Part shown: positions 28,539-39,427 of the stretch, piece by piece
Layout of the letters: every line of letters starts with the position of its first letter
Position numbering within the stretch: the stretch's first letter is position 1
Assembly (NCBI GenBank): GCA_947642445.1
Contig: CANRSF010000009.1
Coordinates: forward strand, 6,223-70,222
Source of the DNA: an uncultured Collinsella sp.
GTDB lineage: Bacteria > Actinomycetota > Coriobacteriia > Coriobacteriales > Coriobacteriaceae
Direction of reading: 5' to 3'
Length of the DNA: 64,000 nucleotides
Made by a program: the position numbers and the translations under genes
The notes under the pieces: model-generated
Database searches by the model: none
What the model saw: the letters and a program-made list of their open reading frames with translations, nothing else
What the model was told of the DNA's origin: nothing

Positions 28539-29108
28539 TTATCGAGCAACAATCACCACATGGCGATCAGGGTCAGAACCCTCAGAATGAGTATCGACGG
28601 CATCATTGCCACGAAGTGCAATGTGAACCAGTCGGCGCTCGTAGGCATTCATGGGCGGAAGCGAAACACTCTTATGAGTGCGGATGGCACGCTCGGCAGC
28701 AGACTGAGCCATGGAGGCAACCTTGTCCTGACGGCGGCTCTTGTATCCCTCAACGTCCACTACAACCGGATACCTAAAGCCGAGCTTGCGGCTCACCAGC
28801 AAAGAGAACATAACCTGAAGGGCATCAAGAGTGCGACCATGACGGCCAATGAGAACAGCAAGGTCGGGAGCCGTTACATCCAAAATCAGCTCGCCCTCGT
28901 CGCCCTCATACTCATCGATAGGAGAGTTGGCAGCATCGAAGTGCGAAAGGATGGAACGCAGGATGGAAATCGCGACATCGGCAATGGTGTCGAGCTCCTC
29001 GTCGGTCAGCTCTTCACCGGCCTTGTAGCGCTGTGCAATCTCGGGATAATCGCCCGCGACCTGCGGGGCAACCTCCTCAAGCATATCCTCGATGATCTCT
29101 TCAGACAT
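28539..29108 (-). CDS. jag: Jag/KhpB/EloR KH-R3H RNA-binding protein (short form)
   Basis: LIGRHGRTLDALQ KH motif; PMNAYERRLVH R3H motif; canonical position after yidC. Confidence 0.93.
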   Translation of the reverse strand: MSEEIIEDMLEEVAPQVAGDYPEIAQRYKAGEELTDEELDTIADVAISILRSILSHFDAANSPIDEYEGDEGELILDVTAPDLAVLIGRHGRTLDALQVMFSLLVSRKLGFRYPVVVDVEGYKSRRQDKVASMAQSAAERAIRTHKSVSLPPMNAYERRLVHIALRGNDAVDTHSEGSDPDRHVVIVAR

Positions 29109-29152
29109 AACGTACTCCAAAAGTTAGGTACCTAAATAAGATTGATATCCCG

Positions 29153-29923
29153 CTACTTCTTCTTGTGCGGGCGCGGCTTCTTCTCGCGACGAGTGACCTC
29201 AACCTGCAGCGGCGCGTTCTTAAGACGCTCCTCCTCATCGGCCTTCGCCTTGTCGATGACCTTCTGCGTCACAAAAATCTGCTGGATAACCTGCCAAGCA
29301 GACGAGACGTCGTAGTACAGCAGAACACCAACGGGAAGGCTCCAGCCCATCCAAAGCATCATGACCGTCATGACAACGGCCATCATACGCATGCTCTGAG
29401 CCTGCTGGCCGGTCTGGTTGCGCGACATATAGAGCTGCGGAATCAGGGTCAGGACAGCGAACAGGATCAGGCAGACCAGCGCAGGCAGCGCGACCATAAA
29501 GCCATCGGCAAAGGAGGCACTCGGCGTGGTGGTCAGGTCGGGCAGAATATTAAAGAACGAGAACGTGCCGTCGTTAAAGTAGTCCGGCAGGTTACGCAGC
29601 AGCGTAAACAGGGCGAACAGGACAGGCATCTGGATCAACAGCGGCAGACAACCAGCCATGGGGTTGAACTTGTTCTCGCTGTAGAACTTCTGCATCTCCT
29701 CGGCCTGACGCTGGGGATCGTCGGCATAGCGCTCCTGGATCTCGAGCATCTTAGGCTGCAGCACCTGCATGCGAGCCGTCGACTTGGTCGACTTGAGCAT
29801 AAGCGGCGTCAGCAGCAGACGGATGATGACCACCAGGATGATGATGGACAGGCCCCAGTCGACCGCAAAGGTCTGGATGAGCTTGAGCAGCTCGAAAAGG
29901 ATGTTAACGATCCAATCCCACAT
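29153..29923 (-). CDS. yidC: Membrane protein insertase YidC
   Basis: WGLSII, RLLLTPL, LQPK..EIQ.RY, NP.AGCLP.LIQMP. Confidence 0.96.
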   Translation of the reverse strand: MWDWIVNILFELLKLIQTFAVDWGLSIIILVVIIRLLLTPLMLKSTKSTARMQVLQPKMLEIQERYADDPQRQAEEMQKFYSENKFNPMAGCLPLLIQMPVLFALFTLLRNLPDYFNDGTFSFFNILPDLTTTPSASFADGFMVALPALVCLILFAVLTLIPQLYMSRNQTGQQAQSMRMMAVVMTVMMLWMGWSLPVGVLLYYDVSSAWQVIQQIFVTQKVIDKAKADEEERLKNAPLQVEVTRREKKPRPHKKK

Positions 29924-29952
29924 GTAAGTTTTCCTCCGATAGCGAGTGCCCG

Positions 29953-30177
29953 CTAGGGCACAGGGTCATAACCGCCGACGTGCAGGGGATTGCAGCGAGC
30001 GATGCGCCTCACGGCAAGCCAGCAGCCTCTCAAAACACCGTACTTCTCAATCGCCTGGACGGCGTATTGCGAGCACGTTGGGTAATAAATGCAGGCGTCA
30101 GGCAATAAGGGCGAAATAACCTGTTGATATATGCGAATAGGAGCGATGGCAACACGTCGCAAAACGTGATTGCTCAT
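29953..30177 (-). CDS. yidD: Membrane protein insertion efficiency factor
   Basis: IRIYQ..ISP...C.YYPTCSQYA..AI..YG...G..L...RI.RCNP...GG.DPVP. Confidence 0.95.
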   Translation of the reverse strand: MSNHVLRRVAIAPIRIYQQVISPLLPDACIYYPTCSQYAVQAIEKYGVLRGCWLAVRRIARCNPLHVGGYDPVP

Positions 30178-30512
30178 CGCTCCTCCCCGGCAACGCCGGC
30201 GCGTTTCATAAGCGAACGCAATGCATTGTCCATCTCCTGCGGCGAGGAAACCCTCGTCTTGGGAGTTGCGAACAAGATGATGTCATAACCCGCAACGGGA
30301 AATCCGCAGCTGCGGGCGGCCTCGCGCATCACACGCTTAGAACGGTTGCGCACGACAGCACAACCGAGCCGTTTAGCACCAACGAAGGCGACCCTTCCGG
30401 AGTCGCCTTCGCCAACCGATTCACATATGGTCATTCGAATCAGAGGGTGATTAAAACGACGCCCCTGACTGAACACATGCTCGAAATCTTGCCGAGACTT
30501 AATAGTCTTCAT
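30174..30512 (-). CDS. rnpA: RNase P protein component
   Basis: K..F..VF..G, K.LG.AV.RNRSKR..RE; position after rpmH. Confidence 0.93.
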   Translation of the reverse strand: MKTIKSRQDFEHVFSQGRRFNHPLIRMTICESVGEGDSGRVAFVGAKRLGCAVVRNRSKRVMREAARSCGFPVAGYDIILFATPKTRVSSPQEMDNALRSLMKRAGVAGEER

Positions 30513-30532
30513 GCGAGATGTGTGTATCGCTG

Positions 30533-30667
30533 CTAGACAGTGAGACGCTTGCGGCCCTTGGCGCGACGACGGGCGAGCACGGCACGACCACCCTTAGTGG
30601 CCATACGGGCACGGAAGCCATGGGTCTTGGCACGCTTACGCTTATTAGGCTGATACGTACGCTTCAT
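30533..30667 (-). CDS. rpmH: 50S ribosomal protein L34
   Basis: [36 protein letters not shown]. Confidence 0.98.
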   Translation of the reverse strand: MKRTYQPNKRKRAKTHGFRARMATKGGRAVLARRRAKGRKRLTV

Positions 30668-30845
30668 CTTAAGTTCCTCCTGCTGCATTTCGAGTGTCCG
30701 CGGGGGCGCGGACGCAGATATAGACACGTGAGCTTGAAGATTGTAGGGAAATCAATGTTCAAATGTCAAGAAATCAAAGGTAAAAGGTTGCGCAGTTCAC
30801 ACGGTTCCCCCATAAGCCGAGCTCGATTTAGCGGTGCATGGCAAC

Positions 30846-30949
30846 TTTTCACGATATTTCATCGAGTTTTCAACAGGTCATGTTGGCAATGTTGAGAACT
30901 TTTCGTCCGTTTTCCAAAGTTTTCAACAGGTTTTGAAAAGTTGTCAAAA
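30846..30949. promoter_or_regulatory. Cluster of origin-type repeats (putative DnaA boxes), upstream half of a split origin/dnaA promoter region
   Basis: AGTTTTCAACAGGT at 30865-30878 and 30918-30931 plus variants TTCTCAACA, TTGCCAACA, TTTTCAAAA. Confidence 0.7.
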
Positions 30950-31012
30950 GATGAGAAACATTGCACGGTGAGCTACTATTTGTTCGAAACCTTTTGAAAG
31001 ATTGCGAGCGGC

Positions 31013-32365
31013 ATGTCTGACGACTTTTACACCATGGTCGATTCCGGAGACCCGGCACCCGACAACGAGCACATCACCGGCGTGCGCGAAGAGCGTGACG
31101 AAGGCGAGCAGACGACCACGCAGACGCCAAAAGCCACGTACGCCGCACGTATCGCCGTCTATGACGACATGCTGTCGACACCGCGTGTGATCGTCATTGA
31201 GCCGCAAGATGTCCGCACGTATTTGGAAGAGACGACCAACACCGTCTACCAGTGCATGAAAGAACAAGGTGGCCGCATCTCGCTCATGGTCATCCGCGAG
31301 ATTGTCGAAAACTTTATCCACGCGCACTTTGCCGAGCCCATCATCTCGATTCTGGACGGCGGAGACACCATCCGCTTTGCTGATCAAGGACCCGGCATCG
31401 ACGACAAGGAACGCGCTTTCGACTTTGGCGTCACCAGCGCAAACAGCAAGATGAAGCGCTATATCCGTGGAACCGGAGCAGGGTTTCCCATGGTGCAGGA
31501 GTATTTGGAAAACGCCGGCGGGGCCGTGTCCATCGAGGACAACATGGGCAACGGCACCGTGGTTACGGTAAGCCTGGACCCTAAACGCGTGCAGGAAATC
31601 GAACGCGCCGGCGGACGCGGTGCTGCCGTGCGGCCCGAGACGGAGCAGCCCACATATCCCCTGCCGGGAGCTTTTGCGCAGCAGCCCATGGCAACGCAAC
31701 AGATGCAGCCCCCCGTGGGACAGATGCAGCAGCCCGGAATGATTCCTACACAAGAGCCCCAGGCGGCATCGATGTCGATGCCGCCAAACGCGCCAGAGGC
31801 CATGCCGCTGGCGGATCAGGATGCAGCAGCAATGCAGCAGGCGACGGGGGCACCGGGTGGCCAGCAAATGGGCTATCAGCCGTACCAACAGGGATATCCA
31901 TATCAGCAGATGCCGCCACTGGGGTATGGCCAGCAGTTCCCGCAGCAGTACCAGCAGGGATATCAGCAGCCGTACCAGCAGATGCCGCAGCAGCAGTACA
32001 ACCCCTGGGCCCAGCAGATGCCTCCGCAGCCTTACCAACAGTGGCCTCAAAGTTTTCAACAGCAAATGGCGCCGATGCAGAGTTCTCAACAACCACCAGC
32101 TCAAATGATGTATCCTAATGCAGCAAATCAGTATGCGCAGCCACAACCGGACGTGTTCGTAAGCGATCGCGGCAACGCCGCGCTGGGCTATCTGGCGCAA
32201 AATCAAGCGTGCGGTGCAACCGATCTGGCGAGGGCGTTTGGAAACTCGGCCCCCACTTGGTCACGCACGCTCAATGACTTGGCGCAGGCCGGCTTGGTCA
32301 TCAAGCATGGCCAGAAATACCATCTGACCGAACTCGGCGCCGCTCGCGTGCGAGCTCAGAGCTAA
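31013..32365 (+). CDS. GHKL (HATPase_c) ATP-binding protein with Gln/Pro-rich linker and C-terminal winged HTH
   Basis: N box EIVENFIHA, G1 DQGPGI, G2 GTGAGF, G3 NGTVV; Q/P/Y-rich middle; ATDLARAFG.SAPTWSR.L..L...GLV...G..Y.LT. Confidence 0.85.
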   Translation: MSDDFYTMVDSGDPAPDNEHITGVREERDEGEQTTTQTPKATYAARIAVYDDMLSTPRVIVIEPQDVRTYLEETTNTVYQCMKEQGGRISLMVIREIVENFIHAHFAEPIISILDGGDTIRFADQGPGIDDKERAFDFGVTSANSKMKRYIRGTGAGFPMVQEYLENAGGAVSIEDNMGNGTVVTVSLDPKRVQEIERAGGRGAAVRPETEQPTYPLPGAFAQQPMATQQMQPPVGQMQQPGMIPTQEPQAASMSMPPNAPEAMPLADQDAAAMQQATGAPGGQQMGYQPYQQGYPYQQMPPLGYGQQFPQQYQQGYQQPYQQMPQQQYNPWAQQMPPQPYQQWPQSFQQQMAPMQSSQQPPAQMMYPNAANQYAQPQPDVFVSDRGNAALGYLAQNQACGATDLARAFGNSAPTWSRTLNDLAQAGLVIKHGQKYHLTELGAARVRAQS

Positions 32366-32380
32366 AGAACGGGAGAGACA

Positions 32381-34105
32381 GTGGACGAGGAAGCAAGCAT
32401 CATCCTGGGGGATGCCATCGCCTTTTGCCAGCGCGACGGCCAAGATGCACGCCTCATCAACATGCTGGGGCAATCGCGCGCCATAAGCCTGACCGAAGAT
32501 ACGCTCACGATCGAGGCCCCCTCGCGCTTTGCCATCGCGCAGCTCAAAAAGCATCAGCCGACCATTGAGGCCTATCTGGAAGAAATCGCCTTTGCACCGA
32601 TTGCGCTCGACATCGTGGCACCGCAAGGCGCCGCGACGGAATCCGCTGCCGCGACGGCGCCCGGCGCTGCTCCAGCTGCTTCCCCGGCGGCGCCGGCCTC
32701 CGCAGGCGACGTGCCGACAATCGAGCACCAGCACAGCGATGTTTCCCGTGAAACCATGGCACCGTTGCCGACCGCCGCTGCGACGTCAACGAACGTACCC
32801 GTCACGCACATGCCCATCGCTCACGACGCAGCGGCGGGCGCGGATTCGGGCATTGCAATCAAGAACACGCTCTCGGCCGATGATTTTCGTCGCATGATGA
32901 ACCAGATGAAGGGCGGAGCGCCGACTAAGTCCACGCAAGCTGCGACCCCCGCTTCACCCATGCCAGCACCGACCGTACCGGCCGAGCAGAATACGGATGG
33001 AGCCCCGCTCGCCGCGAACTCAAAATTTACCTTTGAGAACTTTGTCTACGGCCCCGAGAACAGCCATGCCTATCGCTCGGCACTCAAGTTTGCCGCCCTC
33101 GCGGACGAGCGCGGCACGTGCACATCACTGTTCATCTACGGCAAATCGGGCCTGGGCAAGACGCACCTGCTGCTTGCCATCAAAAACGAGCTCGCCGAGA
33201 AGTCGCCCGAGATCAAGGTCAAGTATGCCAACTCCCAGGCATATCTGGACGACCTGATGACCGAGTTCGACCGCCAAAAGAAGAGCAACGCCCCTATCAT
33301 GCAGGCATACCACGGCGTGGACGTGCTCATCATCGATGACATCCAAAACATCATCGGCAAGCGCGCGAGCGTGGACTATTTTTTCCAGCTCATGGACGAG
33401 TTCATCCGCAACAACAAGAAGGTCGTCATCGCGGCAGACCGCGCCCCCAAGGACCTGAGCATGGACGAGCGTCTGACCAGCCGCTTCAACGCCGGCATGC
33501 TCTGCCTGGTCGCAGAGCCCAGCTACGAGATGAAATACAAGATCTTGCAGCGCTATTACGAGAACACCATCGTCGCCGCTCCCGAGGCAGGCGACGACTC
33601 GCTGCTGGCGGCCTATGGGGGCGACAGCGGGCACCTAACCGACGAGCACTTTAAACACATGGCCGAGGTCTCGGGCACCAACATCCGCGAACTCGAGAGC
33701 TTTTGCGAGCGCTGCGCCGGCGAGGCGGGCGACCGCGAGCGCGAGGGCGGGGAGCTCACCTTTGACGATATCGACGCCATCGCCAGCCAGTACTTCGACA
33801 CATCGGCCAAAAAGATCAACGTCCAGACGGTTCAGTCCGTCATCGAAGAGCAGTACGGCGTGACGCACGAGGAGCTCATCGGCCCGCGTCGCAACGCCAA
33901 TATCGCCAAAGCACGCCATATTGCCATCTATCTGGCCATCGAGATGTGCGAGATGACGACCACGGCGGTGGGCGCCGAATTTGGCAACCGCAACCACTCG
34001 ACCGTCAGCACAAGTTACAAAAAGGTCCAGAAGATGATCCAGGAAGACCGCACCGTCACCGAAGACCTCAAGTCGCTGCGCGATAAAATTACACTGCGCT
34101 CGTAG
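32381..34105 (+). CDS. dnaA: Chromosomal replication initiator DnaA (long domain II linker)
   Basis: F.FENFV.G, GKSGLGKTHL, LIIDDIQ, RL.SRF, NIRELES, domain IV RNHSTV. Confidence 0.96.
   Translation: MDEEASIILGDAIAFCQRDGQDARLINMLGQSRAISLTEDTLTIEAPSRFAIAQLKKHQPTIEAYLEEIAFAPIALDIVAPQGAATESAAATAPGAAPAASPAAPASAGDVPTIEHQHSDVSRETMAPLPTAAATSTNVPVTHMPIAHDAAAGADSGIAIKNTLSADDFRRMMNQMKGGAPTKSTQAATPASPMPAPTVPAEQNTDGAPLAANSKFTFENFVYGPENSHAYRSALKFAALADERGTCTSLFIYGKSGLGKTHLLLAIKNELAEKSPEIKVKYANSQAYLDDLMTEFDRQKKSNAPIMQAYHGVDVLIIDDIQNIIGKRASVDYFFQLMDEFIRNNKKVVIAADRAPKDLSMDERLTSRFNAGMLCLVAEPSYEMKYKILQRYYENTIVAAPEAGDDSLLAAYGGDSGHLTDEHFKHMAEVSGTNIRELESFCERCAGEAGDREREGGELTFDDIDAIASQYFDTSAKKINVQTVQSVIEEQYGVTHEELIGPRRNANIAKARHIAIYLAIEMCEMTTTAVGAEFGNRNHSTVSTSYKKVQKMIQEDRTVTEDLKSLRDKITLRS
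32740..32755. promoter_or_regulatory. parS-like site inside dnaA
   Basis: TGTTTCCCGTGAAACC, 14/16 to consensus, read as VSRET. Confidence 0.6.
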
Positions 34106-34343
34106 GGAAATAGAGACACCTGTTGAAAACTTGTCGAAACCACGGGCATAAGGTGTCTAAAACCCAACCCGCGGTGATGAAAAGTTTTGCGCAGGTTTTG
34201 AACGTGGAAAACCACCCCTGTTGCACACAGGTTGCTGTCGATTCTCTTTCTGGGTCTGACCTGCGTCTTTGGGAGTAATCAACAGTTTCGTCAGTGCTAT
34301 TACTATTATTAAGATATTTATATCTATAGAAAGGTATTAAAAG
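34106..34343. other. oriC (dnaA-dnaN intergenic) with repeats, DnaA-trios and AT-rich DUE
   Basis: Inverted AGTTTTCAACAGGT at 34118-34131 and variants; CTATTACTATTATTA at 34297-34311 (TAG/TAA trios on the minus strand); then an AT-rich tract. Confidence 0.88.
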
Positions 34344-35447
34344 ATGAAGTTCACCGTCAGCCAGAGCTCGCTTACACAAGCCATCGGCGTCGTTATGAAG
34401 GGTGTCGCTTCGGCATCCACCCTCCCCATCCTGTCGGGCGTGCTCGTTAAGGCCCAAGACGGCATCTTGGAATTCCAGACCTCTAACTACACTATCTCGA
34501 TCCGTCATCGCATCGCGGCGCATGTCGAAGAAGAGGGCGAGATGGTTATCCCCTGTAAGATGCTCTCCAATATCACCAAGACCCTCCCCGATGCCCCGGT
34601 CACCTTTGAGCTGTCCGAGCGCCAGGTGCTGATTGGTTGCGAGAAGAGCTCTTTTAGGCTGAACACGCTCGATGCCAATGACTTCCCCGAGTTTCCGGCC
34701 TATGCCATCGAGAGTGCCGTGGAGCTGCCGACCGATGTCTTGTCCGAAATGGTCGGCCGCGTGTGGCGCGTCACCTCGACCGACAAGGCTCGCCCCATCC
34801 TGGGCGGCGTGCACATGAAGGTCGAGAACAACACCGTACGCCTGGTGGCGACCGATTCCTTCCGCTTGGCCGTGTGCGATACGCAGGTCGAGACCTCGAC
34901 CCTCGAGGGCTCCTTTGAGCTCAACGTTCCGGCTGACGCCTTTAACGACGCGCTGAACATCATGGCCAGCCAGGCGACCATCATGATCGGGGCTACCGAC
35001 ACCCAGGTCGTCTTCGAGGCCGGCAACACCACCTACGTGTCGCGTCGCATCGAGGGCGTGTACCCCAACTACAAGCAGCTCATCCCCGATTCGTGCGTGA
35101 CGAGCGTCAAGATCGACGTCGCCGCCTTTAACGCCGCCCTCAAGCGCGTGGCCGTTATCGCGAGCGCCAACCCCGCCGTCAAGTTCGAGATCGATGTCGA
35201 GAACGGTCAGATGGGCCTGTCCTCCATTTCCAATGACCAGGACCTTGCGCAGGAGACGATCGATGTCGAGGCCGAGGGCGAGTCGGGCACCATCGCCTTC
35301 AACTACCACTACATCTTCGGCTGCCTCAATGCCCTGTCCAAGGAGAAGGAGATCACGCTGGAGCTCAAGAGCTACTCGCAGGCGGGCATCTTTAAGTCCT
35401 ACGATAAGATCAACTACCTGTACCTGGTCATGCCGGTCCGCATCTAG
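34344..35447 (+). CDS. dnaN: DNA polymerase III beta clamp
   Basis: P.LSGVL, RP.L.G, VATDSFRLA, G.YPNY..LIP, LVMPVR. Confidence 0.97.
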   Translation: MKFTVSQSSLTQAIGVVMKGVASASTLPILSGVLVKAQDGILEFQTSNYTISIRHRIAAHVEEEGEMVIPCKMLSNITKTLPDAPVTFELSERQVLIGCEKSSFRLNTLDANDFPEFPAYAIESAVELPTDVLSEMVGRVWRVTSTDKARPILGGVHMKVENNTVRLVATDSFRLAVCDTQVETSTLEGSFELNVPADAFNDALNIMASQATIMIGATDTQVVFEAGNTTYVSRRIEGVYPNYKQLIPDSCVTSVKIDVAAFNAALKRVAVIASANPAVKFEIDVENGQMGLSSISNDQDLAQETIDVEAEGESGTIAFNYHYIFGCLNALSKEKEITLELKSYSQAGIFKSYDKINYLYLVMPVRI

Positions 35448-35456
35448 CGCTGCGCT

Positions 35457-36563
35457 ATGACCATGTTCGCCCGCGATCTTTCCGTCGCGCACTACCGCAG
35501 CTTCGATAGCTATCGCCTTGCCCTGGACGAGGGCGTGACGATACTTGCGGGACCCAACGCGGCGGGAAAGACCAATCTCATAGAGGCGCTGCAGCTGCTG
35601 ACGAGCGGCGCCTCGTTTAGGCATCCGACCGCAGCCGAGCTCGTCCATGACGGCGTGGGCTCGTGCAAGGTAGAGCTGAGGCTCGAGGGCGACGGCCGCG
35701 TGCTTGATATGGGATTGAGCGCGGAGGACGGTAAACGCTCGTTTAGTCGCAACGGCAAGAGATGCTCTGCCGCCGGTGTGCGCGGGGTTCTGCCGAGCGT
35801 GCTGTTTTGCCCCGACCATCTGGACATGGTTAAGCGAGGCGCCAGTGTGCGCCGCGCCGCCCTCGATGACTTTGGCATGCAACTGAGCGCACGCTATGCC
35901 GATCTTGCGAGCACCTATGGGCGCTGCGTGACCCAGCGTAACGCCTTGCTCAAGGAGACCTGGTGCTGCCGCGAGATGCTCGGCGCGTGGAACGATTCGA
36001 TTGCCCGCGCGGGCTCGGCCCTGCTCGTGCACCGGCTGGCCCTGCTCGACCGGCTGGCGGGCCATGTGCACACTGCCTACGGGCAAGTGGCGTCAGGTGA
36101 GGCCGCCAACGTGACCTATGCGTCCACGCTGGGGGATTTGCCCCAGGTCGAGGATCGCGAAGAGCTGAAGGGTTGGGCGTACGAGCGCATGCTGGCTGCC
36201 CTTGACGAGCACGCCGATGAGGAAATTCGCCGCGGCGTGACGTTGGTGGGACCGCATCGCGACGAGATTGAGTTCACCGTGGCGGGTCGCTCCGCCCGTT
36301 CATTTGCCAGCCAAGGACAGCAGCGTACGCTGGTGCTGTCCTGGAAGGTGGCCGAGGTTGCCGTGGCTCGCGATGTCCTGGGCACCGCCCCACTGCTGCT
36401 TCTGGACGACGTGATGAGCGAGCTCGACGGCGAGCGTCGCGGCGCTTTCCTGCGGCTGATCGGCGATGATATCCAGACGGTCATAACCACGACCAACCTG
36501 GGGTATTTTACCGATGACCTGCTTGATCGAGCCAAGGTGGTGAGCATGGGTGAGACGTGCTAA
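35457..36563 (+). CDS. recF: DNA replication/repair protein RecF
   Basis: YRSF, GPNAAGKTNL.EA, GPHRDE, ASQGQQR, LLLDDVMSELD. Confidence 0.97.
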   Translation: MTMFARDLSVAHYRSFDSYRLALDEGVTILAGPNAAGKTNLIEALQLLTSGASFRHPTAAELVHDGVGSCKVELRLEGDGRVLDMGLSAEDGKRSFSRNGKRCSAAGVRGVLPSVLFCPDHLDMVKRGASVRRAALDDFGMQLSARYADLASTYGRCVTQRNALLKETWCCREMLGAWNDSIARAGSALLVHRLALLDRLAGHVHTAYGQVASGEAANVTYASTLGDLPQVEDREELKGWAYERMLAALDEHADEEIRRGVTLVGPHRDEIEFTVAGRSARSFASQGQQRTLVLSWKVAEVAVARDVLGTAPLLLLDDVMSELDGERRGAFLRLIGDDIQTVITTTNLGYFTDDLLDRAKVVSMGETC

Positions 36564-37113
36564 TTACGAGCGCGAGAGCGAGATAGTCGCCTTCAGCGGG
36601 TTTTTGAACGCAGAGCGCCAGCGCATCCTGGCGGCTGCGACGCCTAAGCGCCGTGCGCAGATGGAGGCCGCCGAGGAGTCGCGCACGGTCTATCGCGCAT
36701 GGAACGCGGTGTGCTCGGGCACGCGCGAGGGGCGGCATGTGACGGGACTGCGCTACCTGCCCGAGTCCAATGAGCTGCTGGTGTATCTCGACTCGCCCTC
36801 GTGGACGCAGGAAATGACGTTGTTGCGCGAGATCATCCGCGCGCGCATGGAGCGCGCCGGTGCGCATGTGGACGGCCTGGTGTTCAAAACCACCGCGCCC
36901 GGTCACACGCCGCCCGCCGCCAAGGAGCGCCTGCGCCCGGCGACGACCGAGCGCCCGCCGGCCCCGCACGCCGACCTAAGTGAGGCCGAGTGCACCGAGA
37001 TCGAGCGCCAGGTGGCGCCCATCGAAGACCAAAAACTGCGCGAGGCCCTCGAGAATGCCATGAGAGCCAGTGCCGAGTGGGCCAAGGGCGTGCAAAGCAA
37101 AAAAGAGCCTTAA
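36550..37113 (+). CDS. dciA: DUF721/DciA-family helicase-loading protein
   Basis: W..V......H......L.V...SPSW.QE...L pattern; canonical recF-gyrB position. Confidence 0.75.
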   Translation: MRRANYERESEIVAFSGFLNAERQRILAAATPKRRAQMEAAEESRTVYRAWNAVCSGTREGRHVTGLRYLPESNELLVYLDSPSWTQEMTLLREIIRARMERAGAHVDGLVFKTTAPGHTPPAAKERLRPATTERPPAPHADLSEAECTEIERQVAPIEDQKLREALENAMRASAEWAKGVQSKKEP

Positions 37114-37139
37114 ATCGCATCTGGTGGCCTTGTAGAGCC

Positions 37140-37169
37140 AAATACCCTCGGTCCCGAGGGTATTTTTTT
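37140..37169 (+). terminator. Terminator between dciA and gyrB
   Basis: AATACCCTCGG-tc-CCGAGGGTATT followed by a T run. Confidence 0.7.
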
Positions 37170-37176
37170 ACGATAA

Positions 37177-39350
<2,174 letters not shown>

Positions 39351-39427
39351 GAGGGTTATCCGGTGTTCCCGGTAATTCGTCTCCGTGGTAGGGAACTAAT
39401 GGACCACGCAAACCATGAGGAGGTAAC

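Noticed and set aside
30974-30987. LexA (SOS) box upstream of the pre-dnaA gene
   Set aside because: Only the right half-site GTTCG matches; the left half lacks GAAC.
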